A stretch of DNA of 63,355 nucleotides, filler included, from Chiloscyllium plagiosum (lineage: Eukaryota): NCBI RefSeq assembly GCF_004010195.1. It is 6 parts of one record of this genome, joined end to end, with 100 filler letters (N's around TTAATTAATTAA, not from the genome) between each part and the next. Parts side by side here need not be neighbours in the genome. Positions count along the whole stretch, not along the records: positions 1 to 26,606 come from NC_057715.1; 5 more parts are not named here. One strand, written 5' to 3'. This document shows positions 1 through 12,921 of the stretch, piece after piece. Position 1 is the stretch's first letter; each line of letters opens with the position of its first letter. Both the position numbers and the translations under genes were made by a program. The notes under the pieces are model-generated. The model was not told the DNA's origin, did no database searches, and was given only the letters and a program-made list of their open reading frames with translations.

Positions 1-830
1 GGGTGTTGTTGCTTTCCGGTTTCATTCTTTGTAGGTCAGCTCTGGTTATCTGTCCGTTTTTTTGTAGGTTCCTCAGTGTGTTGTTTATCCTATTGGTGAG
101 CTGTGGGGTGGGGTCAAACGCCTTCTTTTGGTAGGTGTTGGTATCTGCAAGTAGTTGTTGCGCTTTCAGGATGTAGTCTGCTTTGTCCAGGATGACCGTC
201 ATTCTGCCTTTGTCTGTTGGTAGTATGATTATGTTCTTATCGTTACTTAGTGATTTTAGTGGTTCCCTCTCCTTGGTGTTGAGGTTATGTGTTTGTCTTT
301 TCCTTGTTATCAGGGGTACGATACTTTGTCTCACTATTTGTTGTGTCTCTTCTGTCAGTCCATTGTTCCTGAGTGTGTATTCTAGTGCTGCTAGGAAGTC
401 TGCTGTCTTGGCGTCCCTGTGGTTGTAGTTGAGTCCCTTGGCCAGTATTGTTCTTTCCGTGTCTGTGAGCTGTCTGTGGGGGAGGTTTTTAACCCAGGTG
501 TGTGTTGTGGTGTCCTCTCTGTTGTGTGTTAGTTTGGCCATTTTTTCTTTTCGTGCCGTTTTTTTGCGTGTGTAGTCCTGTTCTGTCCTATGGTGACAGC
601 CCGTTCTATGGTCCGGGTCCATTCCTGATTAGCGGTTTTTGAAATTAACGACTTTTGGCGCGCAATTTCTTGTCTGTATCTGTGAAGTCGGTTGTGAGCA
701 TCTATAATCATTACCTGGATCATCCTGAGTCCGTTCTGTCTGGCTGTGTCTCTGGCTTGTGGATTGTTGACTGGTGGTCTGTATCTGACACTTGGTGGAA
801 GGATTCGATTCTTTCAGCATTCATGCAGGA
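1..830 (-). mobile_element. Penelope-like element (PLE) fragment, N-terminal region upstream of the RT core; runs off the window start
   Basis: Hand translation of the minus strand gives WVKNLPHRQLTDTERTILAKGLNY...NLNTKEREPLKSLSNDKNIIILPTDKGRMTVILDKADYILKAQQLLADTNTY, matching the PLE 'L.KGLNF...NL...ER.AL..L......I.PADKG...V....Y..K...LL.D..TY' (DKG) motif. Confidence 0.85.
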
Positions 831-3800
831 ACCAGAGTTGTTCGTATGTGGCGCACAGCAACGAGCACCTGAGCTACAAATCTTCTCACAAACCTTGAAC
901 CTGATGTCTCTTTTGTTGGGCTACAGCATTTGATTGTTTCAGTGACCTTGACCAAGAGCATGAGGTCAGCCCAGCGTTGCATTCAGGTACTCACAGTCAG
1001 ACACTCGATATTAACCTTCCTCACTGCCTACGCTCACTGCCTTTGCAATGTTTGTCAAAGGCGTCCTGGCTCTCTGCAGATAGAGTACCTCTTGCTGGGC
1101 TCCTGACAACCTCCTGGGCAAAAGCTGCCAGTGCTACACCTGAGAACCTAGGAACCATTTCTCAGGCCTGTTGCTGCTTCACCAGTGATTCCAGCCATTT
1201 CAATGAGCTTCTGTAGCCAGTCTCATTTTAATAGGTGCTCGGTTAGATGCGTGTTAACTTGCTGATATTACATCCACTCAGGAATGTATTCAGTGCGGGG
1301 TCACATGCCTACCTTGGCTAAAAGGACAGATAGCACAAAATGTATGTGTTGTGTGTGCATTACTCCCAGTTTGTGTAGGCTAATCACACATCACAGTCAT
1401 TAATGGATTTCAGCAATTTTCCCCTAATATAGTTATATCTAAGCTGTACTTATATAAGCTGTATCCTTCACCACATAAAGTTAATTCTGTCCACTATAAA
1501 AAATATATCTGTTATTTGACATTGCCAATCCGAGTAACCACTGTGGACTACTGAAATGTTGAGCAGGCCCTGTTTTGTAATAAATTTGGCTTGTGTTTGA
1601 CAGTGTTGTGATTCTTTCTAATCTGATCATGTTCTGTGAAAGCCCAAGTTATATTATCTGGCCAACAGTGTTGTCAAGGAGTCTGCAGAGAAAAGAAAAT
1701 GGAATGATTTCAGTCATTTTCTTATCATTGTTTTTGACTTTCAGCAACCAGTGCCCGGATAAAACACTAAGATCTGCTGCTCCTGTGGTGTGCGAGGATT
1801 TACATTTGCCTGCATAACAGGAATTACTTCCCTTCTAAGCAACATAAAAAGTTACATGACTGAAACAGCTCATTCATTCATTTGATTAAGATCCTGCTGG
1901 CGTATTTTTTTCTCCATAAGGCATTTTGCGCAATTCTCTGCTCCTATTCAGTCCTCATTCCTTAATATTCCTTCATCAAGCAGCCAGCTAATTCACTTTT
2001 CAAAAAGTACTCAACACCAGTCTGGAGGCAGAAATCAACACTGTGTGGTCTCTTCCTTAACATAACTTATGGTAACCAATCCCATTTCCACACCACTTTC
2101 AGAGTGAATTCTTTTTTTCCAATCCATCTTTTAATTCTCCTTGGGCTGACTTTTATATTTCTTCACTCCTGGTGGGAAGATTTGTAAAAGACACTATTTA
2201 TTCCTGCCATTTATTTGCCCATCTCTGACTGATCTGAAATTTGGCAGGAATAAATTTTGGGCAATGAATCTGAATATCTGCAGCCCAATTTGCCCCTCCC
2301 GACTGGCATTTTACCCACAATGGGTGGGGGAGGCACATAGATTCATAGAGAGTCATAGAGATGTACAGCATGGAAACAGACCCTTCGGTCCAACCCGTCC
2401 ATGCCGACCAGATATCCCAACCCAATCTAGTCCCACCTGCCAGCACCCAGCCCATATCCCTCCAAACCCTTCCTATTCATATACTCATCCAAATGCCTCT
2501 TAAATGTTGCAATTGTACCAGCCTCCACCACATCCTTTGGCAGCTCATTCCATAAATGTACCACCCTCTGCGTGAAAATATTGCCCCTTAGGGCTTTTTT
2601 ATATCTTTCCCCTCTCACCCTAAACCTATGCCCTCTAGTTCTGGACTCCCCCACCCCAGGGAAAAGACTTTGTCTATTTATCCTATCCATGCCCCTCATA
2701 ATTTTGTAAACCTCTATAAGGTCACCCCTCAGCCTCCGACGCTTCAGGGAAAATAGCCCCAGCCTGTTCAGCCTCTCCCTATAACTCAAATCTTCCATTC
2801 TTGTAAATCTTTTCTGAACCCTTTCAAGTTTCACAACATCTTTCCAATAGGAAGGAGACCAGAATTGCACGCAATATTCCAACAGTGGCCTAACCAATGT
2901 CCTGATACAGCCGCAACATGACCTCTCAATACTCTGACCAATAAAGGAAAACATACCAAACGCCTTCTTCACTATCCTATCTACCCACGACTCCACTTTC
3001 AAGGAGCTATGAACCTGCACTCCAAGGTCTCTTTGTTCAGCAACACTCCCTCGGACCTTACCATTAAGTGTATAAGTCCTGCTAAGATTTGCTTTCCCAA
3101 AATGCAGCACCTCACATTTATCTGAATTAAACTCCATCTGCCACTTCTCAGCCCATTGGCCCATCTGGTCCAGATCCTGTTGTAATTTGAGGTAACCCTC
3201 TTCACTGTCCACTACACCTCCAATTTTGGTGTCATCTGTAANNNNNNNNNNNNNNNNNNNNNNNNNNNNNNNNNNNNNNNNNNNNNNNNNNNNNNNNNNN
3301 NNNNNNNNNNNNNNNNNNNNNNNNNNNNNNNNNNNNNNNNNNNNNNNNNNNNNNNNNNNNNNNNNNNNNNNNNNNNNNNNNNNNNNNNNNNNNNNNNNNN
3401 NNNNNNNNNNNNNNNNNNNNNNNNNNNNNNNNNNNNNNNNNNNNNNNNNNNNNNNNNNNNNNNNNNNNNNNNNNNNNNNNNNNNNNNNNNNNNNNNNNNG
3501 ATTTCCCACGCACAAAGCCATGTTGACTATCCCGAATCAGTCCTTGCCTTTCCAAATACATGTACATCCTGTCCCTCAGAATTCCCTCCAACAACTTACC
3601 CACCACCGAGGTCAGGCTCACCAGTTTATACTTCCCTGGCTTGTCTTTATTGCCCTTCTTAAACAGTAGCACCACGTTTTCCAACCTCCAGCCTTCCGGC
3701 ACCTCACCTGTGACTATCGATGATACAAATATCTCAGCAGGAGGCCCAGCAATCACTTCTCCAGCTTCCCACAGAGTTCTCGGGTACACCTGATCAGGTC

Positions 3801-5197
3801 CTGGGGAGTTATGCAACTTTTACCATTTCAAGACATCCAGCACCTCCTCCTCTGTAATCTGGACATTTTGCAAGATGTCATCATCTATTTCCCTACAGTC
3901 TATATCTTCCATATCCTTTTCCACAGTAAATACTGATGCAAAATATTCATTTAGTATCTCCCCCATTTTCTGTGGCTCCATACAAAGGCCGCCTTACTGA
4001 TCTTTGAGGGGCCCTATTCTCTCCCTAGTTACCCTTAATTCTATTTGCCAAAGCTATCTCATGTCCCCATTTTGCCCTCCTGATTTCCCTCTTAAGTACA
4101 CTCCCACTTTCTTTATACTCTTCTAAGGATTCACCCGATCTATCCTGTCTATACCTGACATATGCTTCCTTCTTTTTCTGAACCAAACCCTCAATTTCTT
4201 TAGTCATCCAGCATTCCCTATACCTACCAGCCTTCCCTTTCACCCTGACAGGAATATACTTTCTCTGGATTCTTGTTATCTCATTTCTGAAGGCTTCCCA
4301 TTTTCCAGCCGTCCCTTTACCTGCGAACATCTGCCCCCAATCAGCTTTCGAAAGTTCTTGCCTAATACCGTCAAAATTGGCCTTTCTCCAATTTAGAACT
4401 TCAACTTTTAGATCTGGTCTATCCTTTTCTATCACCATTTTAAAACAAATAGAATTATGGTCGCTGACCCCAAAGTGCTCCCCCATTGACACCTCAGCCC
4501 TGTCTTATTTCCCAAGAGTAGGTCAACTTTTGCACTCTCTCTAGTAAGTACATCCACATACTGAATCAGAAAATTGTCTTGACACACTTAAGAAATTCCT
4601 CTCCATCTAAACCTTTAACACTATGGCAGTCCCAGTTGATGTTTGGAATGTTAAAATCCCCTACCATAACTACCCTATTATTCTTACAGATAGCTGAGAT
4701 CTCCTTACAAGTTTGTTTCTCAATTTCCCTCTGACTATTGGGGAGTCTATAATACAATCCCAATAATGTGATCATCCCTTTCTGATTTCTCAGTTCCATC
4801 CAAATAACTTCCCTGGATGTATTTCCGGGATATCCTCCCTCAGCACAGCTGTAATGCTATTCCTAATAAAAAATGCCACTCCCCCTCCACTCTTGCCTCC
4901 CTTTCTATCCTTCCTGTAGCATCTGTATCCTGTAATATTAAGCTGCCAGTCCTGCCCATCCCTGAGCCATATTTCCATAATTGCTATGATATCCCAGTCC
5001 CATGTTCCTAACCATGCCCTGAGTTCATCTGCCTTCCCTGTTAGGCCCCTTGCATTGAAATAAATGCAGTTTAATTTATTAGTCCTACCTTGTCCCTGCC
5101 TGCCCTGACTGTTTGACTCACTTCTGTTCTCAGCTGTACCCGTCTCAGACCGATCTCTTTCCTCACTATCTCACTGGGTCACACCCCCCACATCGTA

Positions 5198-5694
5198 CTA
5201 GTTTAAATCCTCCCAAGCAGTTCTATCAAATTTCCCTGCCAGTATATTAGTCCCCTTCCAATTTAGGTGCAATCCGTCCTTCTTGTACATGTCACTTCTA
5301 CCCCAAAAGAGATTCCAATGATCCAAAAATGTGAATCTTTCTCCCATACACCAGCTCCTCAGCCATGCATTCATCTGCTCTATCCTCCTATTGCTGCCCT
5401 CACTAGCTCGTAGCACTGGGAGTAATCCAGATATTACTACCCTTGAGGACCTCCTTTTTAAATTTCTGCCTCTCTGTAATCTTCCTTCAGAATCTCAACC
5501 TTTTCCCTTCCAATGTCGTTGGTTCCAATGTGGACAATGACCTCCTGCTGGCCCCTCTCCCCCATTACAACATTCTGCATCCTCTCTGAGACATCCTTGA
5601 TCCTGGCACCAGGGAAACAACACACCATTCTGCTTTTTCTCTGCTGGTCACAGAAACGTCTGTCTGTACCTCTGACTACAAAATCCCCTAACAC
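5198..5694 (-). pseudogene. CR1 ORF1 SGNH/GDSL esterase-like domain (frameshifted)
   Basis: MLGDFVVRG...VCCFPGARIKDV...VIVHIGTNDIG...NAWLRSWC...FLDHW...DGLHLNWKG reproduces the GDS / G / GxND / DxxH blocks typical of CR1 ORF1 esterase domains. Confidence 0.85.
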
Positions 5695-5777
5695 AATTGA
5701 TCTCTTGGAAGCCGACGTACCCCTTGTTGCATTAGAGCCAGTCTCAATACCAGAAACTTGGCTGGTCGTGCTATGTT

Positions 5778-5900
5778 TGAGGAGAAAGTGAGTCTGCAGA
5801 TGCTGGAGATCAAAGTTGAAACTTTATTGCTGAAACAGCACAGCAGGTCAGGCAGCATCCAGGGAACAGGAGATTCGACGTTTCGGGCACAGGCCCTTCT
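5778..5900 (-). mobile_element. Short PLE-terminus-derived insertion (family A) inside CR1 ORF1, truncated within the hammerhead core
   Basis: Reverse complement reads agaagggcctgtgcccGAAACGTCgaatctcctgttccctggatgctgcctgacctgctg...ctccagcatctgcagactcactttctcc, homologous to 14136-14260 and 62200-62325. Confidence 0.8.
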
Positions 5901-6932
5901 TCCCTGAGAATCCATCACCCCCTACATTTTCCCAAACAGCATACCTGTTTGAAATGGGTATATCCACAAAAGACTCCTGCACTGGCTGCCTACCTCTCTT
6001 ACCCTTCCTGGAGTTAACCCATCTATGTGACTGTATCTGAGACTTTCCCCCCTTCCTATAACTGCCATCCATCACAGACAGTTGCTGTTGCAAATTCCTC
6101 TATCTATCTCTCCAACTGATCCACTCGATCTGATAAGATTCGCATCCAACAGCATTTATGGCAGATATAATCCACAGTAACCCCTAAACTCTCTTTAAAC
6201 TTCCACATCTGACAAGAAGTACATATCACTGCAACGGCCATTTTTGCTCCTTCACAATCTACAGACCCAGAAAATAACACCATCTTATTCCTCTACAAAC
6301 ACTGCCCCAGGTTAAATTAATAGCTATGGTGTATATTTTAAGTTTAATCAAGAGACTTATCTCCAAAAACATATAATCAAGAAAGAATCCACTGTACCCA
6401 CTACTGTAGCCTCTCTCTTGGACAGACTTAAAACAACAATTAACTTATCTGATTCTGTGCTGTGAACTTCGCCCAACAGTTCCTCCAAGATTAGTTGTGA
6501 ATTTCACTGTTTGTTAATTTTCCCAGATGCACTCTGATGTCCAGCAATACACAAATTCAAACAGCAAAGGCGGTAATTGTGCAGGTTCTCTCTCTCCCTC
6601 TCTCTCTCCTGCACTGTCCTCACCATGTGCTTCCTTTGTCTGCTCGTCTCCCTTTTAAACTGCTGTTATTTTGACTTTTTTTCCCAAAGTTCCAAAACAA
6701 TGCAACAGCATATCAAACAGTAATTGCTGCTCCTGGAATTCGAGGAAATCACCTCCAGCACCTAAAATACCTCAAAAAAAGGAGCAGCTCTTACAGCCAG
6801 AAATTTTTCCCGTTCTCCATCTTGGATTACCCAGAATCCTCATGTGGATGCCTGGGATCTTTTGCTTTTTTTGGGTCTCCTGGTCCATTGGACACACTCT
6901 ACCACCACCCTCTGGGGGATCCTCCCTACCCA

Positions 6933-7698
6933 TGGGTTGTTAGCTCATTTGGTTGGACAGCAGTTTTGCTGTGATGCCAATAGAGTCATAGAGTCATAGA
7001 GATGTACAGCACAGAAACAGACCCTTCAGTCCAACTTGTCCATGCTGACCAGATATCCCAATCTAATCTAGTCCCACCTGCCAGCACCTGGACCATATCC
7101 CTCCAAACGCTTTCCATTCATATACCAATCCAGATGCCTTTTAAATGCTGTAATTGAACAAGCCTCCACCACTTCCATGCCCCTCATGATTTCATAAACC
7201 TCTATAAGGTCACCCCTAGCCTTTGACACTCCAGGGAAAACAGCCCCAGCCTATTCAGCCTCTCCCGGTAGCTCAAATCCTCAAACCCTGGCAATATCCT
7301 TGTAAATTGTTTCCGAACCCTTTCAAGTTTCACAACATCCTTCTGATAGGAAGGAGACCAGAATTGCATGCAATATTCCAAAAGTGGCCTAAAAGTGGTC
7401 CTGCACAGCCGCAATACTCTATACTAAATACTCTGACCAATAAAGGAAAACATACCAAATGCCTTCTTCACTATCCTATCTACCTGTGAGTCTACTTTCA
7501 AGGAACTATGAGCCTGCACTCCAAGGACTCTTTGTTAATAGCACTGGTTCAATTCCTGGATTGGCTGAGGTTACCAATGAAGGTTCCACCTTCTCAACGT
7601 TCTCACTCTCCAGAGGCATGGTGACTCTCAGGTTAAACCCATCACCAGTTGTCTCTCTCTGTCAGAGAGAGCAACACTTTGGGACTATGGCGACTTTA
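6933..7698 (+). mobile_element. tRNA-derived SINE (family unassigned), split by a CR1 insertion
   Basis: A-box-like TTAGCTCATTTGG at ~6940; B-box GGTTCAATTCC at ~7546 after the CR1; AATAG repeated at 6979-6983 and 7537-7541; body homologous to 12668-12790. Confidence 0.6.
6984..7536 (-). mobile_element. 5'-truncated CR1 LINE
   Basis: (TCTATGAC) tail at ~6984-7000; RPLLEYCMQFWSP...RERLNRLGLFSLE. Confidence 0.9.
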
Positions 7699-7992
7699 TC
7701 CTCCTCTTATCTTTTACCATGTGCACTTGCTTTGCCATCTTTAATAACCTATACATCGAAACAATAAAGACCTAAGGTTGGATTTTCATGATCCTGATCA
7801 GGGCCGAACAGAGTCAGAACTAAAATAGTCCTTGAGTGACAGACCTTGAATTCCCATTCCCATTTCCTTAGCCATTTTCATGAGGAGAGGGACAATGCTG
7901 CCCTGAAATATTAAGGAAACAGCAGATAGCATTGTGAGTTCATTGAGAACCTGTCTCCAGGAAATTCTTTTAATTTTCAAGGAGGTGGCCAG

Positions 7993-8285
7993 ACTCCATT
8001 CTAAAAGAGGGTCACTGGACTCAAAATGTTAACTCTGTTTTTCTCTCTGCACAGATGCTGCCAGACTTACTGAATTTCTCCAGCAATTTCTGCCTTTGGG
8101 CTGAACTTTGACAGTTGTTGGGTTTTACTCCAGCTGCCAGCCAGCTTGAATCATAAAACTCCATTCTAAAAGAGGGTCACTGGACTCAAAATGTTAACTC
8201 TGTTTCTCCAGCAATTTCTGCCTTTGGGCTGAACTTTGACAGTTGTTGGGTTTTACTCCAGCTGCCAGCCAGCTTGAATCATAAA
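7993..8285 (+). repeat. Tandem duplication (165 bp + 128 bp) containing a degenerate PLE/hammerhead terminus
   Basis: actccattctaaaagagggtcactggactcaaaatg...gcttgaatcataaa occurs at 7993-8157 and 8158-8285; the second copy lacks ~37 bp. Confidence 0.9.
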
Positions 8286-9104
8286 ATGGAGGCAGGAAAA
8301 GTTTTCTTTAAAAAGTCCAATTGTTTTGCCTCCTCCTACAGTTCATCATGAAATGTTATATCTGTGTTCATTAAGGTGAGTCATGACAGAGCTGTGTTTG
8401 GATGACATGACCACCCAGTGAACAATGTGTTTTCCAGATTGCGTTTTTTGCCAGCTGGCAAGCAGTCAAGTAAATTTCAACATTATGAATGTGAAAATGT
8501 CTTCTGATGAGTTAAGAAAGTTCAATTAATTTAAACAAAAGGCAAGAGTGTGTTTCACACTATTGGAAGGGTAGCTCATTACGATAACAATGGGTGGATT
8601 ACTTTAGGCTTGCTAGTGGTGAGTCTGGAAGTGTGATGAGCATGGGAATGAGGGGTTTGGTGCCATACTGAATCCGCTTCCAGCCTCCTGCAGGCAATTG
8701 TTCAGCCACCAATTCAGGACCTTAAGTGACCACTTAGGCACCATCTTTGGGCCTCATCCTGCAGCCACTGGGATTAATGTGACCGCAGGCAGGCATGCGC
8801 ACTGTGATCTAGCTCAGGTAGCTGCTGAAATTTTGTGGTAAGATTGTCACCTCTGGGGCAGGGGTGCAGGGAGAAGTGGGGGGCAGTCACACAATCAAAG
8901 GTGGTCAGTGGGGATGGGATGCATGAGGTACACAGAGCTACCCACTTCCTTTAATACTCTACTACCCTGCCCCTCTTATGACGACACCCTAAACCTCCCT
9001 CTCCACATATTTCTCGTGGTCTGGATCACTCCTGTGGATGCTCTTCCTGAAACAGCCCTGGCCTCCCCTGTGATGCTGCTGAGTACAAGGGCTAAGTCAG
9101 ACAC

Positions 9105-9180
9105 CATACCACACCAGGTTATAGTCCAACAGGTTTATTTGAAATCACAAGCTTTCAAAGCACTGTCCTTTCACTGGGTG
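9105..9180 (-). mobile_element. Degenerate PLE-terminus fragment (family B-like)
   Basis: acaccaggttatagtccaacaggtttatttgaaatcacaagctttc resembles 28866-28920 and 53808-53855. Confidence 0.7.
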
Positions 9181-10411
9181 AAGTCCTCATGTGGCTTCAC
9201 TAGCAACTGATTGGCTTATGGTTCGGGTTGGACAAAGGCAGCAAATCTCTGCTGGTCTTTTAGGCGAAATCTTTGCAGGTACAAGATTCCACCTTATGGC
9301 ATAAATGTTTCATCCTTTCCCACTGTATTGATATTTATACCCCAGACAAGTGCTGGGAAAGATGTTCTGAAGTTTTTTTTCCACTCAGGTAGTTTTATTG
9401 ACTCTTGACTTTAATCCAACTGTCTAATTGTTTTTCAAATGCTTCGCTGTGTAGGGTTTAAGCAAGTCAAAAGGTGGAGGGTGGGGAACAGATCAATGGA
9501 AAGATCCTTGCAGCCTATTCAGCTCATTATACATTGAGACTCCACATGTGCATCAATTACATCAAGTTTTAGTTTGATACCATCCCTTTCATTATCTCCA
9601 CTATCCCCCACACACTCGCTACTGACAGACTAACTTGGTGCTCATACTTGTTCCTCCTTGTTATCAAATATCACCCATGTCAAATCCAGCCTTGTGACAA
9701 TATGGAACTTGTGGGCTTTCATTAATCTGATATCAACTCTAAAATAAATTTTGATCCATGGAATTTCTTAAGGAGGAATTATTCTTGTGCGGTACGTATC
9801 ATGATTATATTTTTAGTTCCTTCAACCGTTCTCTGGGCTGTTAAGAAAAGGAGTCAAATCTCCATATAAACGCGAACTTTGCCTGCACATTTATGCAAAT
9901 ACACAAAACAAAATGAACAACTGGAAGATTTTTCAACTGAAGACAAGACCTTAGAAAATCAATAAATGACATATGGGATGTCAAATTAAGTCAAATAGCA
10001 TTCCCAGGAGAACAAGTCTCAAATAACCTCAGCCTCCATTTATCTGTCAGTAATCAATAAAGCTCTATAACCCAGCCAGATTTTAATAACTGGAGTATTT
10101 GAGACCAATTTGCAATGATTATCATATCACATAAATTGTCTTAAAACTTTACTTAGATTATTTTCAAAAGTATCAATGACACGTTAATTGTTAAGACCTA
10201 GAATGGATAACATAACCAAATAAATATATATTAAATCTGCTATTTCTTAATTTATTTTGTCTTTGCTCCTCTTCTGATTTGTGGTTCTTTTTATATTTTA
10301 AACTAAATGGCACGTATACCTGTGTAATGATAATGCAGAATGGAAAATATCGATGTTGAATACCGTGACAATTTAAGAAAAGTTAAATTTTAACAAGTAT
10401 TCTTATTAATT

Positions 10412-11690
10412 ATAGGGTCATAGAGTTGTACAGCACAAAAATAGACCCTTCAGTCCAACTCGTCCATGCTGACCAGATTTCTTAAATTCATCTAGTCACA
10501 TTAATGCAAGCACTTGGTGCATATTCTTCTAAATCCTTCCTATTTATGTACCCATCCAGATGCCTTTCAATGTTGTAATTGTACCAGCCTCACCACTTCC
10601 TCTGGCAGCTCATTCCATACGCTCACCACCCTCTGCATTGCCCCTTAGATCCCTTTTAAATCTTTCTCCTCTCACCTTAAACCTCTGCACTTTAGTTTTG
10701 GACTCCCCTATGCTGGGAAAATGACTTTTGCAATTCACCCTATCCATGCCTATCATGAGTTTATAAATTTCTTTAAGGTCACCCTTCAATCTCCAATGCT
10801 CTAGGGAAAAAAGACACAGCCTTTTCAGTCTCTCCCTATAGCTCAAACCCTCCAACCTTGGCAACATCCTTGTAAATCTTTTCTGCACCCTTTCAAGTTT
10901 AACAACATCCTTCTTATAACAGGGAGACCAGAAGTTAACGCAGTATTCCAAAAGTGGCCTAACCAACATCCTGTACAGACGCAACACCACATCCTAACTC
11001 TGATACTCAATGTACTGACCAATAAAGGCAAGTGTACCAAACGCCAGTCCACCTGTGACTCCACTTTCAAGGAACTATGAACCTGCACCCCAAGGTGTCT
11101 TTGTTTAGCAGCACTCCCCAGGACCCTACTATTAAGTGTATAAGTCCTTTCCTGATTTGTCTTTCCAAAATTCAGGGCATCACAGTTATCTAAATTAATC
11201 TCCATCTGCCTCTCCTCGGCCAATTGGCCCATCTGATCAAAGTCCCATCATTCTGAGATAACTTGCTTCATCATTCACTACACCACTAATTTTGGTGTCA
11301 TCTGCAAACTTTCTAATCGTTTCTCCCATATTCAAATCCAAATAATTTATATAAATGACAAAAAACAGTGGACCCAGAACTGATCCTTGCAACACACCAC
11401 TGGTCACAGACCTCCAGTTCAAGAAACAACCCTCTAACATCACCCTCTGTCTCCTAGCTTCCATCCAATTTTGTATCCAATTAACTACCTCCCCCTGGAC
11501 TCCCCTCATCCAACCTTGCTAACCAGTCTACCATGCGGAACCTTGTCAAATACCTTACTGAAGTCCATAAAGACAAGGTCCACCATTTTGCCTTCACAAA
11601 TCTTCTTTGTCACTTCTTCCCAAAACTCAAACAAGCTAGTGAGACATGATTTCCTGCGCACAAAGCCATGTTAATGATTCTTAATCAGTC
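10412..11690 (-). mobile_element. CR1 LINE fragment (RT and 3' end)
   Basis: SGVLQGSVLGP, KFADDTKISGVV, LVRPLLEYCVNFWSP; tail at ~10415. Confidence 0.9.
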
Positions 11691-12049
11691 TTCTTGAGTA
11701 CAATATTGGAATTGTCAGATATAAAGTTCTAGCCTGAGAATTTCATCCAGATAGCAATAGTGGCTTCGATACAAAGACAATTATTGACATGCAAAGCTTT
11801 TGTGATGTTGACTATCCAATGCGGAGCTGAAGATATCTGGGCAGATTTCAAATGCTCCAGGACTCAATAAGGTGAATAATAGAGGTGTCCTGTGGATGGC
11901 TAGCTAGTTGGAACAATAAGTTGCAGATATAATAATCATTTTTGCACGTCCCTACTATTGATTTAGGATGCAGATGGTTTCTTTCACTACCTCTTACCAA
12001 ACTCACATCATTAACTACCAACCCTGCCCCTCTGACACCTCTTACACAT

Positions 12050-12600
12050 TCAAGGGAAATTCAGTGCCCACTTTGTGGGCAGGGACTTTGATGTCTTGAT
12101 GGATAAGGTGGTGCAGAGGAGGACAGCCTCTTACTCCAGGTCAAGCAGAAGGGACAATGTCAGACCCTGCCAGCCTAATCCAAGGTTGCTACCTGGATTA
12201 GTGCAGTCACAGCCATCTGGAAAAATGTACAGCAATGTACAAAGAAGGATGTAAGGGTCATTGTCTTCCCTCTGATACCTCAGCAAGGCTCATGTTCTAC
12301 CTGTCTCATCATTCTCTGCAGCATCTTCCCTCACTTACTCTCACCCACTCTAACCCCAGACAGCACTAGCCCTGCATGCCCTCTGTATTACCTACTCACT
12401 TTCGTGGGTCACCTCCCCACCTGCACCAATGGTAAAAGCTAGGCCTCCCACCTTCCTCTACTAGAAGACAGGCCTCACTTTCCAGAAGGGTTACAGCCCA
12501 TATTAGGACAGAAACAGTCAAAAAGGTGTTAACAATTTAGTTCCTCATCCCAAATGAGGAGATGACCCTGAGTCTGACCATCTTGAGGGTTGACTGATCA
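12050..12600 (+). mobile_element. PIF/Harbinger-type Myb/SANT (trihelix) gene remnant
   Basis: Hand translation AHFVGRDFDVLMDKVVQRR...SKVATWISAVTAIWKNVQQCTKK, homologous to the 40839-41102 ORF. Confidence 0.55.
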
Positions 12601-12667
12601 TCTCCAAGCCCCTGGACTAGTATTGGAGGCTGGGACCCCTGGCTGAAGGCTATCTCCTTTGACTTGT

Positions 12668-12790
12668 AAAGTCACCATAAAGACCATAGGGCTGCTCTCT
12701 CATGAGAGAGAGAGAGAGACACTGGAGGCAAAGGGAGAGGTTAAGAAGAAAACTCCTTCATGGTAACCTCAGCCGGTGATGGAACTGTTG
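12668..12790 (-). mobile_element. tRNA-SINE fragment, same family as 6933-7698
   Basis: taaagtcaccata...ggctgctctctc...ccttcatggtaacctcagcc is the reverse complement of the motifs at 7560-7698. Confidence 0.6.
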
Positions 12791-12851
12791 ACAAGCAGGA
12801 TCAGCCTCCTAGGTTTATGGATGCACTAAATGACAGTATTGCAGAAGCATT

Positions 12852-12921
12852 GAGAGTCAAGAGTGTAGTGCTGGAAAAGCACAGCAGGTCAGGCAACACC
12901 CAAGGAGCAGGAAAATCGACG
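12852..12921 (-). mobile_element. Short PLE-terminus fragment (family A)
   Basis: gtgctggaaaagcacagcaggtcaggcaacacccaaggagcaggaaaatcgacg matches 14160-14215 in reverse. Confidence 0.75.

Larger units (their letters stand above)
2336..6840 (-). mobile_element. Near-full-length CR1-clade LINE (HER1-like), degraded, with internal deletions, an N gap and a nested insertion
   Basis: 3' tail (TCTATGA)n at ~2336-2360; RT C-terminus (DDTKIGGVV, LVRPLLEYCVQFWSP, RRRLRGDLIEVYKIM); RT N-terminus (SPGPDQVYPRTL, SLTSVVGKLLE, SQHGF); APE endonuclease (GDFNIPNINW, SDHNSI); ORF1 at ~5200-6100; putative 5' UTR to ~6840. Confidence 0.92.

Noticed and set aside
1600..1705. Strong minus-strand splice acceptor (ttttcttttctctgcag)
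   Set aside because: All three frames stop within 12 codons and no upstream exon was found; a terminal or non-coding exon cannot be supported.
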